DNA from: Paramecium tetraurelia
Lineage: Eukaryota
Direction: 5' to 3'
Assembly (NCBI GenBank): GCA_000165425.1
Contig: CT868044.1
Coordinates: 1-64,000, forward strand
DNA length: 64,000 bases
This document shows positions 13,509-26,874 of this stretch, one piece after another. The notes under the pieces are model-generated. The model did no database searches and was not told the origin of the DNA. It was given only the letters and a program-made list of their open reading frames with translations. Both the position numbers and the translations under genes were made by a program. The first letter of the stretch is position 1. Each line of letters starts with the position of its first letter.

Positions 13509-16500
13509 TCATTCACAAAAATATTATACTGCAGCTAAGAAAATTGCCATCGAACATAGCTATCCTGAACTTAAATCCAATTTGTTTAATTTTGGATAAA
13601 TGTAGGGTAGATATGATGACGTGACCATTTAATAAATTATTAGGCAAATTCCAATAAAGAAACCTTTTAAAAAAATATTTGTTTCTAAGTAAATCAAAAT
13701 AACAATAATGACTGTCTTCTTCCATAACTTTACCCATTCCCAAAAAGAGCGATTATTGTCATATTCATTGAATAAATAACCAATGTGTCTTCTTAATGAA
13801 ATTTTGTCAAATTATTCTCTTTTCTGGTACAGAAACACCAATAAAAAGAATGGTAAAATCAACCCTATGAGTAATGAAACTGGTATTGCAAATTTATACA
13901 TCCATGCCTAATGATTAGATGATTCAAAGAGAAGGGATACATCTCCTTAAACATAACTGATTTGTGAAATTTCCCTATTAGCCAAAATGGAGAAAAGCCT
14001 TAAATAATTATAATGTCATACTGAGTTATTATTGCAGCATAATTTTAAATATACTAGTAAATCAATGTAATTGATATTAAGTTATTTCGCAATTTTACTT
14101 TTGCTACTATAGAAAAGATGCTGACCGATAATTAAATGATGAAGATTTATAAAGCAATTAAGATAAACATCACCAACACTCTCATATATATTAGTTCTAT
14201 TTCAGATGATTAGGAAAGTTTGCAATCTAAATTTCTGGTTAGAAAATAAGATGTATCACTTACCTAGTTAACAAAAAGTAATGAGAAAGAGAATTAAATG
14301 TTAAAAGTAAATATGACAGAATATATCCAAATATAGTTAAGAAATAATTTTGACATGATGCTTTCTTTATCTAGAAAGAATAGTATAATAGTTACTTAAA
14401 TTCAGCTTAAACAAGATATATGAAAATTTTTGAGTTAATTTGAATAGTGTAAACAATTAATTGGTGTTCTCTACACTAGTTAATGTTATAAGAGTAGAAA
14501 GAAAGACCCTAAAATAAAATAATTAATTACCAAGCTGTTATTAGAATTAAAGATAATATACTAATTGAGAAGTCGCTACAATTCCAACAAGTGAAATTAT
14601 CATTTTTAAAATAAAATCCATCTCCTCTTTTATTATATTTATCACACTCCTCGCATAATCCTCCAATATACCCAGTTTTACAAATTTCATCACCAACAAC
14701 CCAACCACCTTTGCATGAATCTATATTTTTGAAACATTCATTAACGAAATCTGACTCAAAATGAGGTCTCCAATATCCAGATTTCAAGTTGATATTGTTA
14801 GATGTAATTGCTTCAAATTTGATCTTATCAAATATTGAACACTTTGTTGCATTGTATGTCACAGAGTAAAACCCTTATTTAGATTAACAAGTCAGGCAGC
14901 CATTTAACACATAAAATTCTCCTAATTAACAAACTAGACTTTTCACCTTTAAAATATATGACATTTCTTCAATCTAATTTTTGGCTTTACAATAGATTTA
15001 AATTTGATACTCTTTTCCTGTTTGATTATAAGGATCTAATGTCAAAATTAACATTCCCAAATCGAAATTGTTTTTGGTTTGATTAAATTAAATTAGGGAA
15101 ATGTTGTTTGATTACAATGTAGTTTTTTATTTAATATCTAAGATTAATTCAATAATTTGACAAGATGAATCAGTAAAGTTAAGTAATTATTCATTAAATC
15201 TATTTTTAAATTAAATAGATAGCTCATTTATATATGATGTAAACTTATTTTATTTTGGATTGTATAATTCATATTTAGCTATCTCCTAATTGCTAGGAAG
15301 CATCAATGCATTTTCCATTATTATTTTACCTTATTAGATAATTAGATAAGGGCGTAATTTTAATATCTTTTATGAAATTTAATCATATATTTAATCTGAA
15401 TGCATAATTTGATTATTAATTGATAAATCTAAATGAGAAGGCAATTCTTATAGATTATCTGTTGTTAATTAAGCTTTATTAAAATTTAAAAGGGATTCTA
15501 TAAAGTTTATATCATTTAAAATTTAGTCCCCATTTAAATACATTCCTCCTCCTTCCCTTGCCTTATTTTATTAAATGAATGATGATTTTACTTAGAATTC
15601 TTAGTTATTTAGATCAAGATATACCCCACCTCCCAATAAAGTTGCGGTATTATTCAAAATCTTGATGTTAAACAAGTATGCTTTCACATTAGTTGAGGAT
15701 AAAGCCAATCCTTAGCTACCAGTATTATTAATAAAAACAGAATTCATAATGGTTAACTTACCCTTAAGGTTTCTCTCTGAAAAAGCATTGATGCATCCAA
15801 ATTGTTCTATCATATTTCCGATGCATGAAACACCTTGAATCTTGATTTAAAGGAAATTAGTTAGTGAAAAATAGATCAGACCATTCTTACAACTCTTGCA
15901 ATAATTATTTTAAAGAACTATAGATTCGAGTTGTATTTTTGTTTGATTATTTTAGCATTTTATGGATAAAATCGATCCAGAATTTGTCGAAACTGATTAA
16001 ATCTATTCAAAATTATTCGATTTCTAAGGTTCGCTTGTTGGAAGATATACAGCCTTTGATGATTAACACTATGAATATTCTATAAAGAAATTTGGATAAA
16101 CGTAAGGAGTTGGCTTCTAGTTTTTATTATTAAAAAATGTTATTTCTTAAATTTTTAGGTTTGATATTTATATATTTGATAGAGATTATGCGGCCTACTC
16201 AACATGTAGTAAATTTAAATCGTAAAATAAAGCAATTTAATCGAATAAAATATTAACTAAAGAAATCTTTTTGCAATTTATTAAATTTATGATACCAGAT
16301 AGTACAAATCCTTAAAATGTCAAATTTATAATCTTTAATTAACAACCTTAAATATTAAAAATAGCATTGTTTTATGTTATTTTCGATACAATAGCTTGTT
16401 CCAATAGATTTAGCTATCTATTGAATTACACTGATGCTTCTTGACTTTATTATAAAACAATATTTTCTAAAGTTACTTTATTTTAGTCTGCATTTTGATA

Positions 16501-19500
16501 ATTAAATACTAATGCTAAAAATAAATTTATGAGAGAAAAAGAATCTGAAACTAAGACGTTTCTTATGAGAATATTGTTTGATATTTCAGATGGCTCAAAA
16601 GATATGATTGCAGATGCCAACTTATTGTAAATGTTTGTGAAGTTAAAATTCTAAAGTTTCAAAGTTAAATAACTATTTTATGAATTAATACTGATCGATC
16701 CTGGTTATTCCTAATTTGAAAGCAAATTGGTTTAAGAATAAGTAATAGAGCAATTACTCAGTATAATAATTCCATTTCCTTTCGTGATAATATCCAAAAC
16801 TGAACTGCTTTTGGCAATGATGTATTAAAATAATCCATTTTCTAATGTAAATTTCTCAACTATTAATTACATTACTCCACCTTTGTTTTTAATTGAAAGA
16901 ACTTGTTCAATCATAAAATTAACATCAATTTAATTAAGATTGTCTTATAACTTAATTTCGTAATACCTATTCCATAACTCCATTCTAAGATAATTTTATG
17001 ATTGAAAACTTTAATTTATGTAACTTTAGCATCTCTAGCACTAATAGTAATAAAGGAATTAGTAGAATTTGTAAGCGAATTCTCAAAACACTAAATATTA
17101 TTAAATAGAATGGTGCTATTAATAGAGTTAATAAACAACAAACTTGCAGATGAATATGATGGATCTATAATGTATTAATAATAGGAATTCTACTAATATA
17201 ATATATTCTTAAAATGAATTTATTAGCCTTTATTTGAATAGATTGAAATAATTGAAAAAAAATTGCCTGAATTTATTTTCATCAAAATGTTTTGAATAAA
17301 AATGACATTTTTAAATAGTAATTGTTTCAAATTCTTCATTTAGTAATGGATCATTTGATTGAATTTCAATAACAGATTAATCTAGAGTGATTTAATTAAT
17401 AACTTTGATCAAATCCAAATAAAGACTCTAAAATCCTTTGACAAATAATAATTTTGAATGTTAATTGGTATTAGTGGCACAATCTTAATGAAGGGGAATC
17501 CTATATTTTAAAATTTCATTCTACATAGTAATATTCTTAAACTAAATTTGAGAAATGTTGAATAAATAAAAGAATCTGTTACGGAAAGTATTAATTAGTA
17601 ATGCATTCTAAATCAATATATTAGAGCTACTGAATTTAAATAAATAATCTTCAATTTCAATTAAAAGATGATTATTATCCTAAAAAACTAAGTTTGTTAA
17701 TTCAATTTGAGTAGGTGGTATTTTTGTTTAATCAATAACAAGTATTTAAAAATTTGAGTAGTTATTAGTGGAAACCTCTATATCTTCTAATTTGACTTCA
17801 TACTAATAATTTTTTGAGAATAATTTTTCAAATAAAATAGATTCTTTAAACAAATTCGATATAAATATTAGGTTAAAGCTGAAGAGATCTTTACTAAATC
17901 TTATTAGCTGTGAATTAAAAATCTAGTTTTCAATCATTTAAAAAGAGTAAATAAATAGCATATTATTTTCATTACTATCTATCAAAGTAGAATTTGAAAA
18001 TATTGAATTCTTAATTTTAATAAATCTTATTATTATTTTTGACGAATAAGTTTATTGTTAAATTTTAAGAAGTGTAAAATTGTGAAATTCACATCGCTCT
18101 ATAAGAAGGTTCTCAATTACAATTTTTTTTGAGTTAATATTAAATTAGAATAAAGTAGTATTGTTCATTTTACAATCCATCAAGAAAAAGACATCTATCA
18201 AAATATTTTCATTTTATGTAGTTGAATTTATCTAAAATATAACCGAGTTATCAATATTGACTTTAGAGATTGATACATTTTAAGTGAAAAAGATATGATT
18301 GATAATCATAGGGATTGTAAATTATACGAATTTTTATTGATTTCCGAAAAAGCTGCAATTTTAAAAGTTATAATCTACTCCTTCTCCATAGTTGTTAATT
18401 TGAAATAATAGGTTATTCTCTAGATTAATAAGTAGGTTACTGAATTCTATAGAATTAAAGTTATCTATGGCAAATAATCCTTCCACTTATTGAATACCTG
18501 TTAATACGAGTTTTAATAATTGAATTGAAAATACTTTAGCTTTAAAATAATTAATAATTCGATTTTCTTATTCAGTACATGGTTAATCAAATTCTAATTT
18601 TAAAATGAATTATTCTAGACCAATTTCATTAAAATAGGATAAGTTAAACATTTTCTCATAGTAGAAGAAAGAAAAATTATCGGTGAAATAAATATAATGT
18701 TGGCAGGAATAGTTTGTCTTGATTTATAATTTATTCTTACTTAATATTCAAAAGCTGTTTAGTTTTGATCATAAACATAATGAGCAATTTAAAGATATGG
18801 ATTAATATCAACATTTGAGTTCGAGATACTTTTTATGCACTATGTTGTATATTAAGTGTTTATTTTGTTAATTATGTAATTAGGATTTAAACTCTAAAAT
18901 ATCAAATTCAAAATACCATAACGCTTTCATCAGATCGAATCTGGCATACCTAACATAATGAAGGGCAAATTAAACACATTCCATTTTCTTAAACCTTATA
19001 GGGTTCATTGTAATTATCTAAGAGGCATAAGGAACAGGTATATCTTTCTGATATTTTGTCATATTCACATTTTTAGCAATTTTAATCACAATATTTTATA
19101 CAATCTCCTTTAAATACTGAATATCCTTCTTTACATTCAATACTAAATAGATAAAATTAAGTAAAAAGATAAGGATAATTGTTTTAAGAAAATTGCAAAG
19201 AGAAACTTTGAACCAGATGCCTCCAAATATTTTAATCAGAAAACCTAATAAAAGTAACACTATTAGTTTTCGGAAGAACTTCATCATAGAAAATGGCGTA
19301 GCAAAGTCCTGTGTCATCAGAGGAGTAATATCCTTCCTCACAAATAACACATTTTAGAATAGTTTAAATGTTGCTAAAACATTACCTACAATTTTAAATA
19401 ATATTTTAACAATTAATTATTTAAGGAGCAACTGTAAAATCCTATATAGTTGATAAAATACAGAGCTCTTTACCTTGCTAATTCACAAATGAACTAAGAC

Positions 19501-21742
19501 AATTTTAGATTTATGGTTATCGAGGAATGCATTTTTGTAGAGTGAAATCATAAAGAAATCCTTCGTAACATTATGCACAACCTACTAATACTTCTTAATC
19601 ATTTGCATTAATTATATTATTTAAAAATTTGTATAGTATAGTGTTCTTTTAAATATCATCCTTTACAAAATCAAAACAATAAAGACAGTTCTCTATAGGA
19701 CATAAAATACAGGTATAATAATATGTTTAATAATAAGGAGTTTAACAGATTATATATGATGAGGTTTGTATTAGGTTTTTGATTAAACAAACTCCATCTG
19801 ATAATTTATAGTTCATTACACATTTGATGCATCTAGGTCTGGAAATTTCAATTTAGCATTCTACACAGTTAATAAAAATGAAACATTTTTTCCTATATAC
19901 ATCTATTTTGCAGTTAGAACAAAAGTTTGAAAAATGATCAAAAGTCTATAAGTAATCTTTATAAATATCTTAATCCTATTCTTAATTCTCTCTATATTTT
20001 AAATCCACTCCATCAAAAATGTTCCTTTCTATCCCATAATCTTGTTTTGTAAAAGGCCTATTATCATTATCAGTTACATAATTATATTAACAATATGGAT
20101 TGTTAATCCAAGTTTTTGGGTTTGTAATACACTCTATACAAGTTATTAAATTTTTTCGTATTTTAGAAGGACTAAAATTATTTAAATATAAATACCATTT
20201 CCAGCATTGATCTTCATATTCAAAATACCCATAGGAACACTTGAATTCATTCTTATTTACTTAGGAAATAGTTAATTAAAATGCTGAATAATCTGTGCAT
20301 TTTCCATCTAATTCAATTTTTCCATAAGCACAAAAACAAGAATTCTATTTTTCATTATACATTCTATTTGTTGAGGGATCACAAGACAAACAATCAAATT
20401 TAGTTGGACCATTACATTCAAAACAGGATAGATGACATATTTCTAAATTAATTTCAGTTTCACAATTATAAAAAACCATTTTTACAAATTAGATTGAAAA
20501 ATAGTTGGAACTCTACAACAAATTACCTCGACCTATTTTAAATGTTACCAAATTAAAATGATTAACAAAACTCTCAAAAGAATATTCTTTAATATTTTTT
20601 CCTTAGTAAAAGTTTATTTATACTTGTATAGAATTATGGCTTTTCTAAACTCTTAAAAAATGCCATAATTTTATGTCTATATCTATATCGAATATTTTGG
20701 TAATTAAAAAAGGATGATCAAATTAATTGATATTTACAGATGGGAAGGTGTAACTATAAGTAGTTATGATAATCTGATTTATGCTTTCAGTCAATCTATA
20801 ATAGAGTTAAAACGCAGATAAATCATCAGTAGATAATTTTGGATTTAAAAAATTACCTGATATCTTTATTGATTTATAATAGATTTCTGTAAAATAGTTA
20901 TCTATTTCTTTAATTCTAATCCATGTCTAAAAATTGAATTAGTCGCAATTCTAATTTTAAGATATTAACTATTCCTAACTCAGTTTTGAAAAAATATAAT
21001 CAGGATATGAAGCTGGTTTCAAATTGCATTAGCAAGCGAATTTAAAATCTTCAAATAATAATTAAAATTCTGATATCTAACAAGATTCCTTGTTAGTATT
21101 GTAATATATATCATAATATTTTAAGCTTCCTGGAAAATAAGAAAGCTTAGATATTGATGCATTAAAAAGAGTTTAATTGGGATATAATTATAAATCTCCA
21201 CCACAAAATAATATTAAATTTACATCATAAAATGGATATCTAATATTATATTCTTAAGCATTTTACTCCTTATCATTTTGGAATAAAATTATAACAACTT
21301 TTTATTCAACAATATTAATTATTATGCCCAAAAAGTACCAATATGATTCATATTCAAAAATGTTCATTTAATATGAATGTTTGTAAATTTAACCGTCGTC
21401 TCCTATAAATATATATGCCTTTTCAATTTATTTCTTCTCATAATCAATACAATCATATTGTAGAAAGTTGATATTATTTGATGTTTAATCTTTGATACTA
21501 TAAATATGATAGCAATTGCTGTCTAAAATTCCAATGTTTCCTAATTATATAATATTGCTTAAAGGATTATATTTAGAATAAAATCCATAAATTAAGCAAT
21601 AAGGATAATACCAATTATAATCAACTCTATTAAAGGTGCGATTAGAGATTTAATGTAATGGATTTAATAAATTTAGATATTATCCTTCTATCTGTTAAAA
21701 GATGAAGAAAAATAGTAAAATGAATTAATTTAGTAATTACAT
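13509..21742 (-). CDS. Very large (~2700 aa) ciliate surface protein: signal peptide, furin-like Cys-rich segments, beta-helix/PMP-like repeats, Cys-rich juxtamembrane domain and multi-pass TM region; ends at a premature-looking TGA
   Basis: Starts MQLLNQFILLFFFIFQQIEG. Contains CHLSCFECNGPTKFDCLSC, NNTATLLGGGVYL, NKAREGGGMYL, NINLKSGYWR..CKGGWVVGDEICKTGYIGGLCEECD and LRRHIGYLFNEY..FWEWVKLWKK. The in-frame TGA is at 13509-13511, and coding-like sequence continues to about 13200. I did not check every internal codon. Confidence 0.8.
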
Positions 21743-22352
21743 TCTATTAAATAATGAATTAAGATATTAGCATTTAGAATTTAATATGATAGGTATATTT
21801 TAATTGGAAAATTATTTTTAAATTATAGTTAATTACTTCTTGAAGGAATCTTAATTAAAGTCTGCTTCTACTCTATAGATATTTAAATATTTTATTCTCC
21901 TATGAAAAGTAATTTGAAAAAGTATCACTTAATAATTTACACACTTCATTTCCATAATAGCGTTTATTAAAATTAAAAATTGCAATCAATTAAATGAATG
22001 TTATATTTAGAAAAACTGAGTTGCTGCATAATTGTGAAAAAATTTTTTTGCACTTAAATACCAATATTTTTAAGATAAAATAGAAAATAGATTATTTTCA
22101 TGACTTATCGACATTAAAATAGAGAAATCTTTTAATTTTTAATATATTTATCCCAAATTTGGCTATAAATTTATATTTATATTGATTATAAGACATATTA
22201 TAGGAAAGCTGGATTCTGAATATATAGAGGAATTTTTGGCTTTTTCATTAACATATTTGCTTTATCAAACTTCAATGACTATTAAGAACATTACTTATTT
22301 TTACAGAATAAGTATTTATATTCATTTTTTTTAAATGTGATAATAGTTAAGT

Positions 22353-22390
22353 ATTGATTCAAATCAAACAAGTCTTTGATTTGAATCAAT
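22353..22390. repeat. Perfect 16-bp inverted repeat with a 6-nt spacer
   Basis: ATTGATTCAAATCAAA-caagtc-TTTGATTTGAATCAAT, intergenic. Confidence 0.9.
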
Positions 22391-22648
22391 CTGAAACTTA
22401 CGAGATATAAATCAATTCATCAAAATAAAACTAATTTATAATTAATTAAAATACATATTATATAATAATAAAGTTATTAGAATCTAGAACGATTAAAAAA
22501 AAAAATACTAATCATTAGAACTCATTATGAATTATTTTATTACGCAATGAGTTATATATCAATATAGTTTCTCTGCCAAAAGATGTTTGTGACAATTAGA
22601 ATGAAACATAAATTCAATACATATTAAATATTTTATTATACACTAAAC

Positions 22649-22899
22649 TCAATCTCTTTATTTTCCTAATTACATATATGCAACTGGTTTATGAGCATTG
22701 AAGCATTCTGAGAATCTTTCCAACATTTATTTGCATAATTTCATATCAACTTAAGTATTTGATATATCCATGCATTCCTATATTTTGTGGTATTAAGTAT
22801 TATTACTTCAATTCTAGGATACTTTTCTTTACATTTTGCTTCTGCTGCCTCATATGCTAGCAAATGATTATTAGGCTTAAGTTTAGAAGTATTGCTCAT
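22649..22899 (-). CDS. 73-aa twin CX9C (CHCH-type) protein, probably mitochondrial intermembrane space
   Basis: MSNTSKLKPNNHLLAYEAAEAKCKEKYPRIE|ECMDISNTQVDMKLCKQMLERFSECFNAHKPVAYMQLGKQRD*. Removing a 29-nt GT..AG intron (22778-22806) creates two exact C-x9-C motifs. Confidence 0.8.
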
Positions 22900-23984
22900 A
22901 AATATAAATTATAATTATTAAAAACTATAATAAATAAAATAGGTTATCACAAACATTAAGATAAATGATTATTATGATAACATAAGTTTTAGAACTTATA
23001 GGAATAGCCATATTGGGGATTTGTAATTGGAATATAATTTAAAGAAGAATTCATTTTGAATAATATATATGTAATTCTCAGGATAAATTTCTTTTCAATG
23101 CTAAAATTATTGTGAAACATATATTACTTTATATAATGTACGAATAGACTAAGCTCATTGATTAAATAGATTTTAGTTAGCTTATTTCAAATCAATAATC
23201 AATGTGAGAACAAATGTTAAAGGTTGACCTAGTAGAGCTTAAATACTCTTTAATCACCATTCGATATGTACATTCTTTTTTATCTACATTAAAGTAATAT
23301 CTTGATAAACTCTAATTATTTCCCTTTATATCTTATTAATTAAAAATTATAAGATGATTCAAAGTAATTGATGCCATGAATTAATTTCATTAAAACATTT
23401 TATTAGAATCTTCTGTAATTATATTCCTTTCACAAATTCCTAAATCAAATTCTGATCTCTTATGAAAGAGTGCAGATTCTTGCTTATTACATATTTGTAG
23501 TATTGTTTTAAAGTAACATTATTATTAATTATAAAATCGGATCAATTAAACTTTCATGTTAATTATCGATTTCAAATTCTTTTATTAATTGAGTCCTTTT
23601 TTTATTAAATCAACATACATATAGGAATAGTATGTATATTAAAGCAGGTCCTACTTGGATAATTGATTTATGGTGGAAATCAATTAGAATCAAATTCAAA
23701 TCGACGTTATTCATAAATTTGGGATTTGAAAAAAGAAGATATCTAATTGCTTACAAAATAGAAATTAAAGCTTATAGATTTACATTTAACAATTTAATTC
23801 AATAATTAGAGTATACAATTATATTTTAATTTTTCAATAAAATTAATGGTAATTCTGGATGGTAATTGATTTTTGCTTTGACTCCAGAAATGATAATATA
23901 GATTGATTCCCTGTATTTTGAAGGTTATAATATTGATTACTCTCCAAGTTTGTTGTCTAGTATTGTTATTATATATTCCTTTTC

Positions 23985-24024
23985 AGCCAATCATAATTGA
24001 GTATATCAGATTTAAAACCCCCCC
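23985..24024 (+). promoter_or_regulatory. Histone H3 promoter elements: CCAAT box plus C7 tract
   Basis: AGCCAATCA at 23985-23993 and CCCCCCC at 24018-24024, 40-80 nt upstream of the H3 ATG in otherwise very AT-rich DNA. CCAAT boxes are typical of histone promoters. Confidence 0.5.
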
Positions 24025-24063
24025 ATAATACAAATTCAAAATTAAATAAAAATATAAATAATA

Positions 24064-24486
<423 letters not shown>

Positions 24487-24823
24487 TTAATGAATCCTTA
24501 TGAATTCAATTAAATTAGTAATTTTGACAAAAATTGTTAATCTTCAATTGCTTATGCCAAATCTCTTATTTTAATAAAAATTAGAGGTATCTCTCACTCT
24601 TCCCATTTAATTAATATATTAGAATTAGCCTACCAAGTTTTTATATCAATAATGAAATCATTATTTAAGAAAAGAATAAAAATTTTTAACGTCTAGTTTG
24701 ATATATAGCAAATATTTATAATTTAAGATTAATATACATATAATTACTAATCTATATTCGTTCATATTAGACTCGAAACTATTTAATCAATTTAATGTAT
24801 TCTACTCAAAATAGTTTCCTATT

Positions 24824-26572
24824 TCAAAAGTAATTTTATCTATGATAATTATTGTATATACATTTTGAAATTTCTAATGATGGCAATTAACATTAAGGAC
24901 ATTCCAAAGGAAAGATTGAACAACACACTCCTATCGCGTGTAAATGATTTTGACAATGTGACAATTATTATTAAAGGTTATATTCTGTAAAAGGACTATT
25001 ACAAAAAGTACAATATTTTGAGTTATTTGATTATAATAGCAATTATTCAAAACCAGATTCATATTCTATTATAGAACTTTTCTGCATTTCTTTTTCAATT
25101 ATTTGAAGCTATAAATTTTCAAAAAAGAGTTCAATATCATTCTCTTGTAAACTTTAAAAGCAAACCGGACATTTACATTTTTTTAAGTTCCTTACCAAGC
25201 CTTCTAAACATTAGACACATATTTGATGACCACAAAAGTTTGTAAACAATATTGTAGGATCCTTTACTTTACCACATTTATTACACTTAGATTCAAATTG
25301 ATACTAATTTTTCTTTGAACATTTAGGATGAAGGCATGTATATTATTAATTTTTAGATTTTAGAATCTGAGCACACTTGGGACAGTAACAATGACCACAG
25401 CTTGCCTCAAATATTTAATCCATGCATTCTTTTAAGCAATTGCTACATTACTTACCCTTTATTTATTTGGGTGCATTAAACTCGTCCTATTTCTAGTTTT
25501 ACGGATTATTATCACGTTTTCCTGTGCTTAAAATAGCACTTTAGCTATTTTTTGATGGATTTTCAACATTATTAGAACTTTCAAGCTTTAAGGGTTATTC
25601 TGTTTATTAAATTTGACTCTTTTACTATTTCTCTAATCCCTACTAAATTTTAATTGATTGCTGTAGTTACCCACTTTCCTAATTTACATTTTTCTCACCT
25701 TAACTTTACTCAATTTTGCTTGATGATTAAAGTTGCTAATTATTACTACTGTCTAATTATTTTTTCTCTTCTTAACATGTGCTCTGTAGTTCCTACTTCA
25801 TTTCAACTTTATTGACACTTTATTTAATGGAGGGGTCACTTTACTTAACCTATTATTATTTTAAATCTTGAGCTTTAGGCGATTTCATTTGCAGGTATTA
25901 AGCCTTCTCAATTTTTTATTAACAACCTTTTGCAAAGCAAGTAACACTAGTAACATTTTTCGCCTCAAAAGAATTCGATATACAGGAAAAGCAGGCTTAG
26001 TGATTACATTTGAGTTTCTATAAATTTTATTATCCATTGCATTTGCTACATAAAATTGGATTTTCCTATGCATTAATCAGAATATAATAATTAGGATCAG
26101 ATTTATAAATGTAAATAGTTGTAGCTCCTATCTCTTAGATTTTAGGATTGGATTTTGTATCACAGATAACTAGTTTTATGTTAAAATCTTGCTCTAATAA
26201 TTTAATTTTGTTCTTTAGATCTTTATCTTTGTCTTTTTCATTAGGGATACCTTTATTTTGAAAATAATCCTTCATCAATTATTCCAAATTTTTACTTGAT
26301 TGCTTTGTCTCTTTCAAAATATATTCTAAACGCTATTGCTAATTTTCAGAATTTGAAATAATTGTTTTAATTTTTCCAAAGCTATTCAGTTATGCTTTCT
26401 CATATATTTTTTTAATATCTTCTACTTTATTGACTTTAATATGATACTCTATTAATCCTATGAACAAAGCACAATCTAGACTTGAGCCAACATTTATCTA
26501 ATTTTTAAAGTTGTTGCATAAAACTAATATATTTTTTTGTATCGGACTAATTTAAAACAACGGAGCACTCAT
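24824..26572 (-). CDS. Multi-RING zinc-finger protein (~582 aa), putative E3 ligase
   Basis: Span is 1749 nt (583 codons). Three C3HC4-like modules (CSKC..CNHQACFSC..CFAKGC; CSNC..CGHCYCPKC..CLHPKC; CNKC..CGHQICVQC..CPVC) plus a fourth Cys/His cluster (CTFC..CQNHLH..CC..CPQC). Confidence 0.85.
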
Positions 26573-26874
26573 AAAATTAATATTAATAAATAGATAATAT
26601 TTTGATTCAATTATCAATTAATCAAAATGATAGCATTGTGTAAACTAGTCTATTTTACATTTCTAGTATTCTAAAGATTCAGACTATGAACTTAAGTATA
26701 TCTTAGATTTTGTTAGAATTTGATAATACATCTTGATTTGTTTTTTCGTATTTGAAATTATTCTAAAGTAATCTATTCTTTTACTTTTTTCATAATTAGG
26801 AAACCATGTTTATTTGAAGTCTTAAAGATCACGATGTTATGTTATAAAAAGTATTAATTATAAAAAAAAATGGA

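Noticed and set aside
23650..23760. LIYGGNQLES as a ubiquitin-like gene upstream of H3
   Set aside because: Only a short resemblance, with no start or complete domain. At most a remnant.
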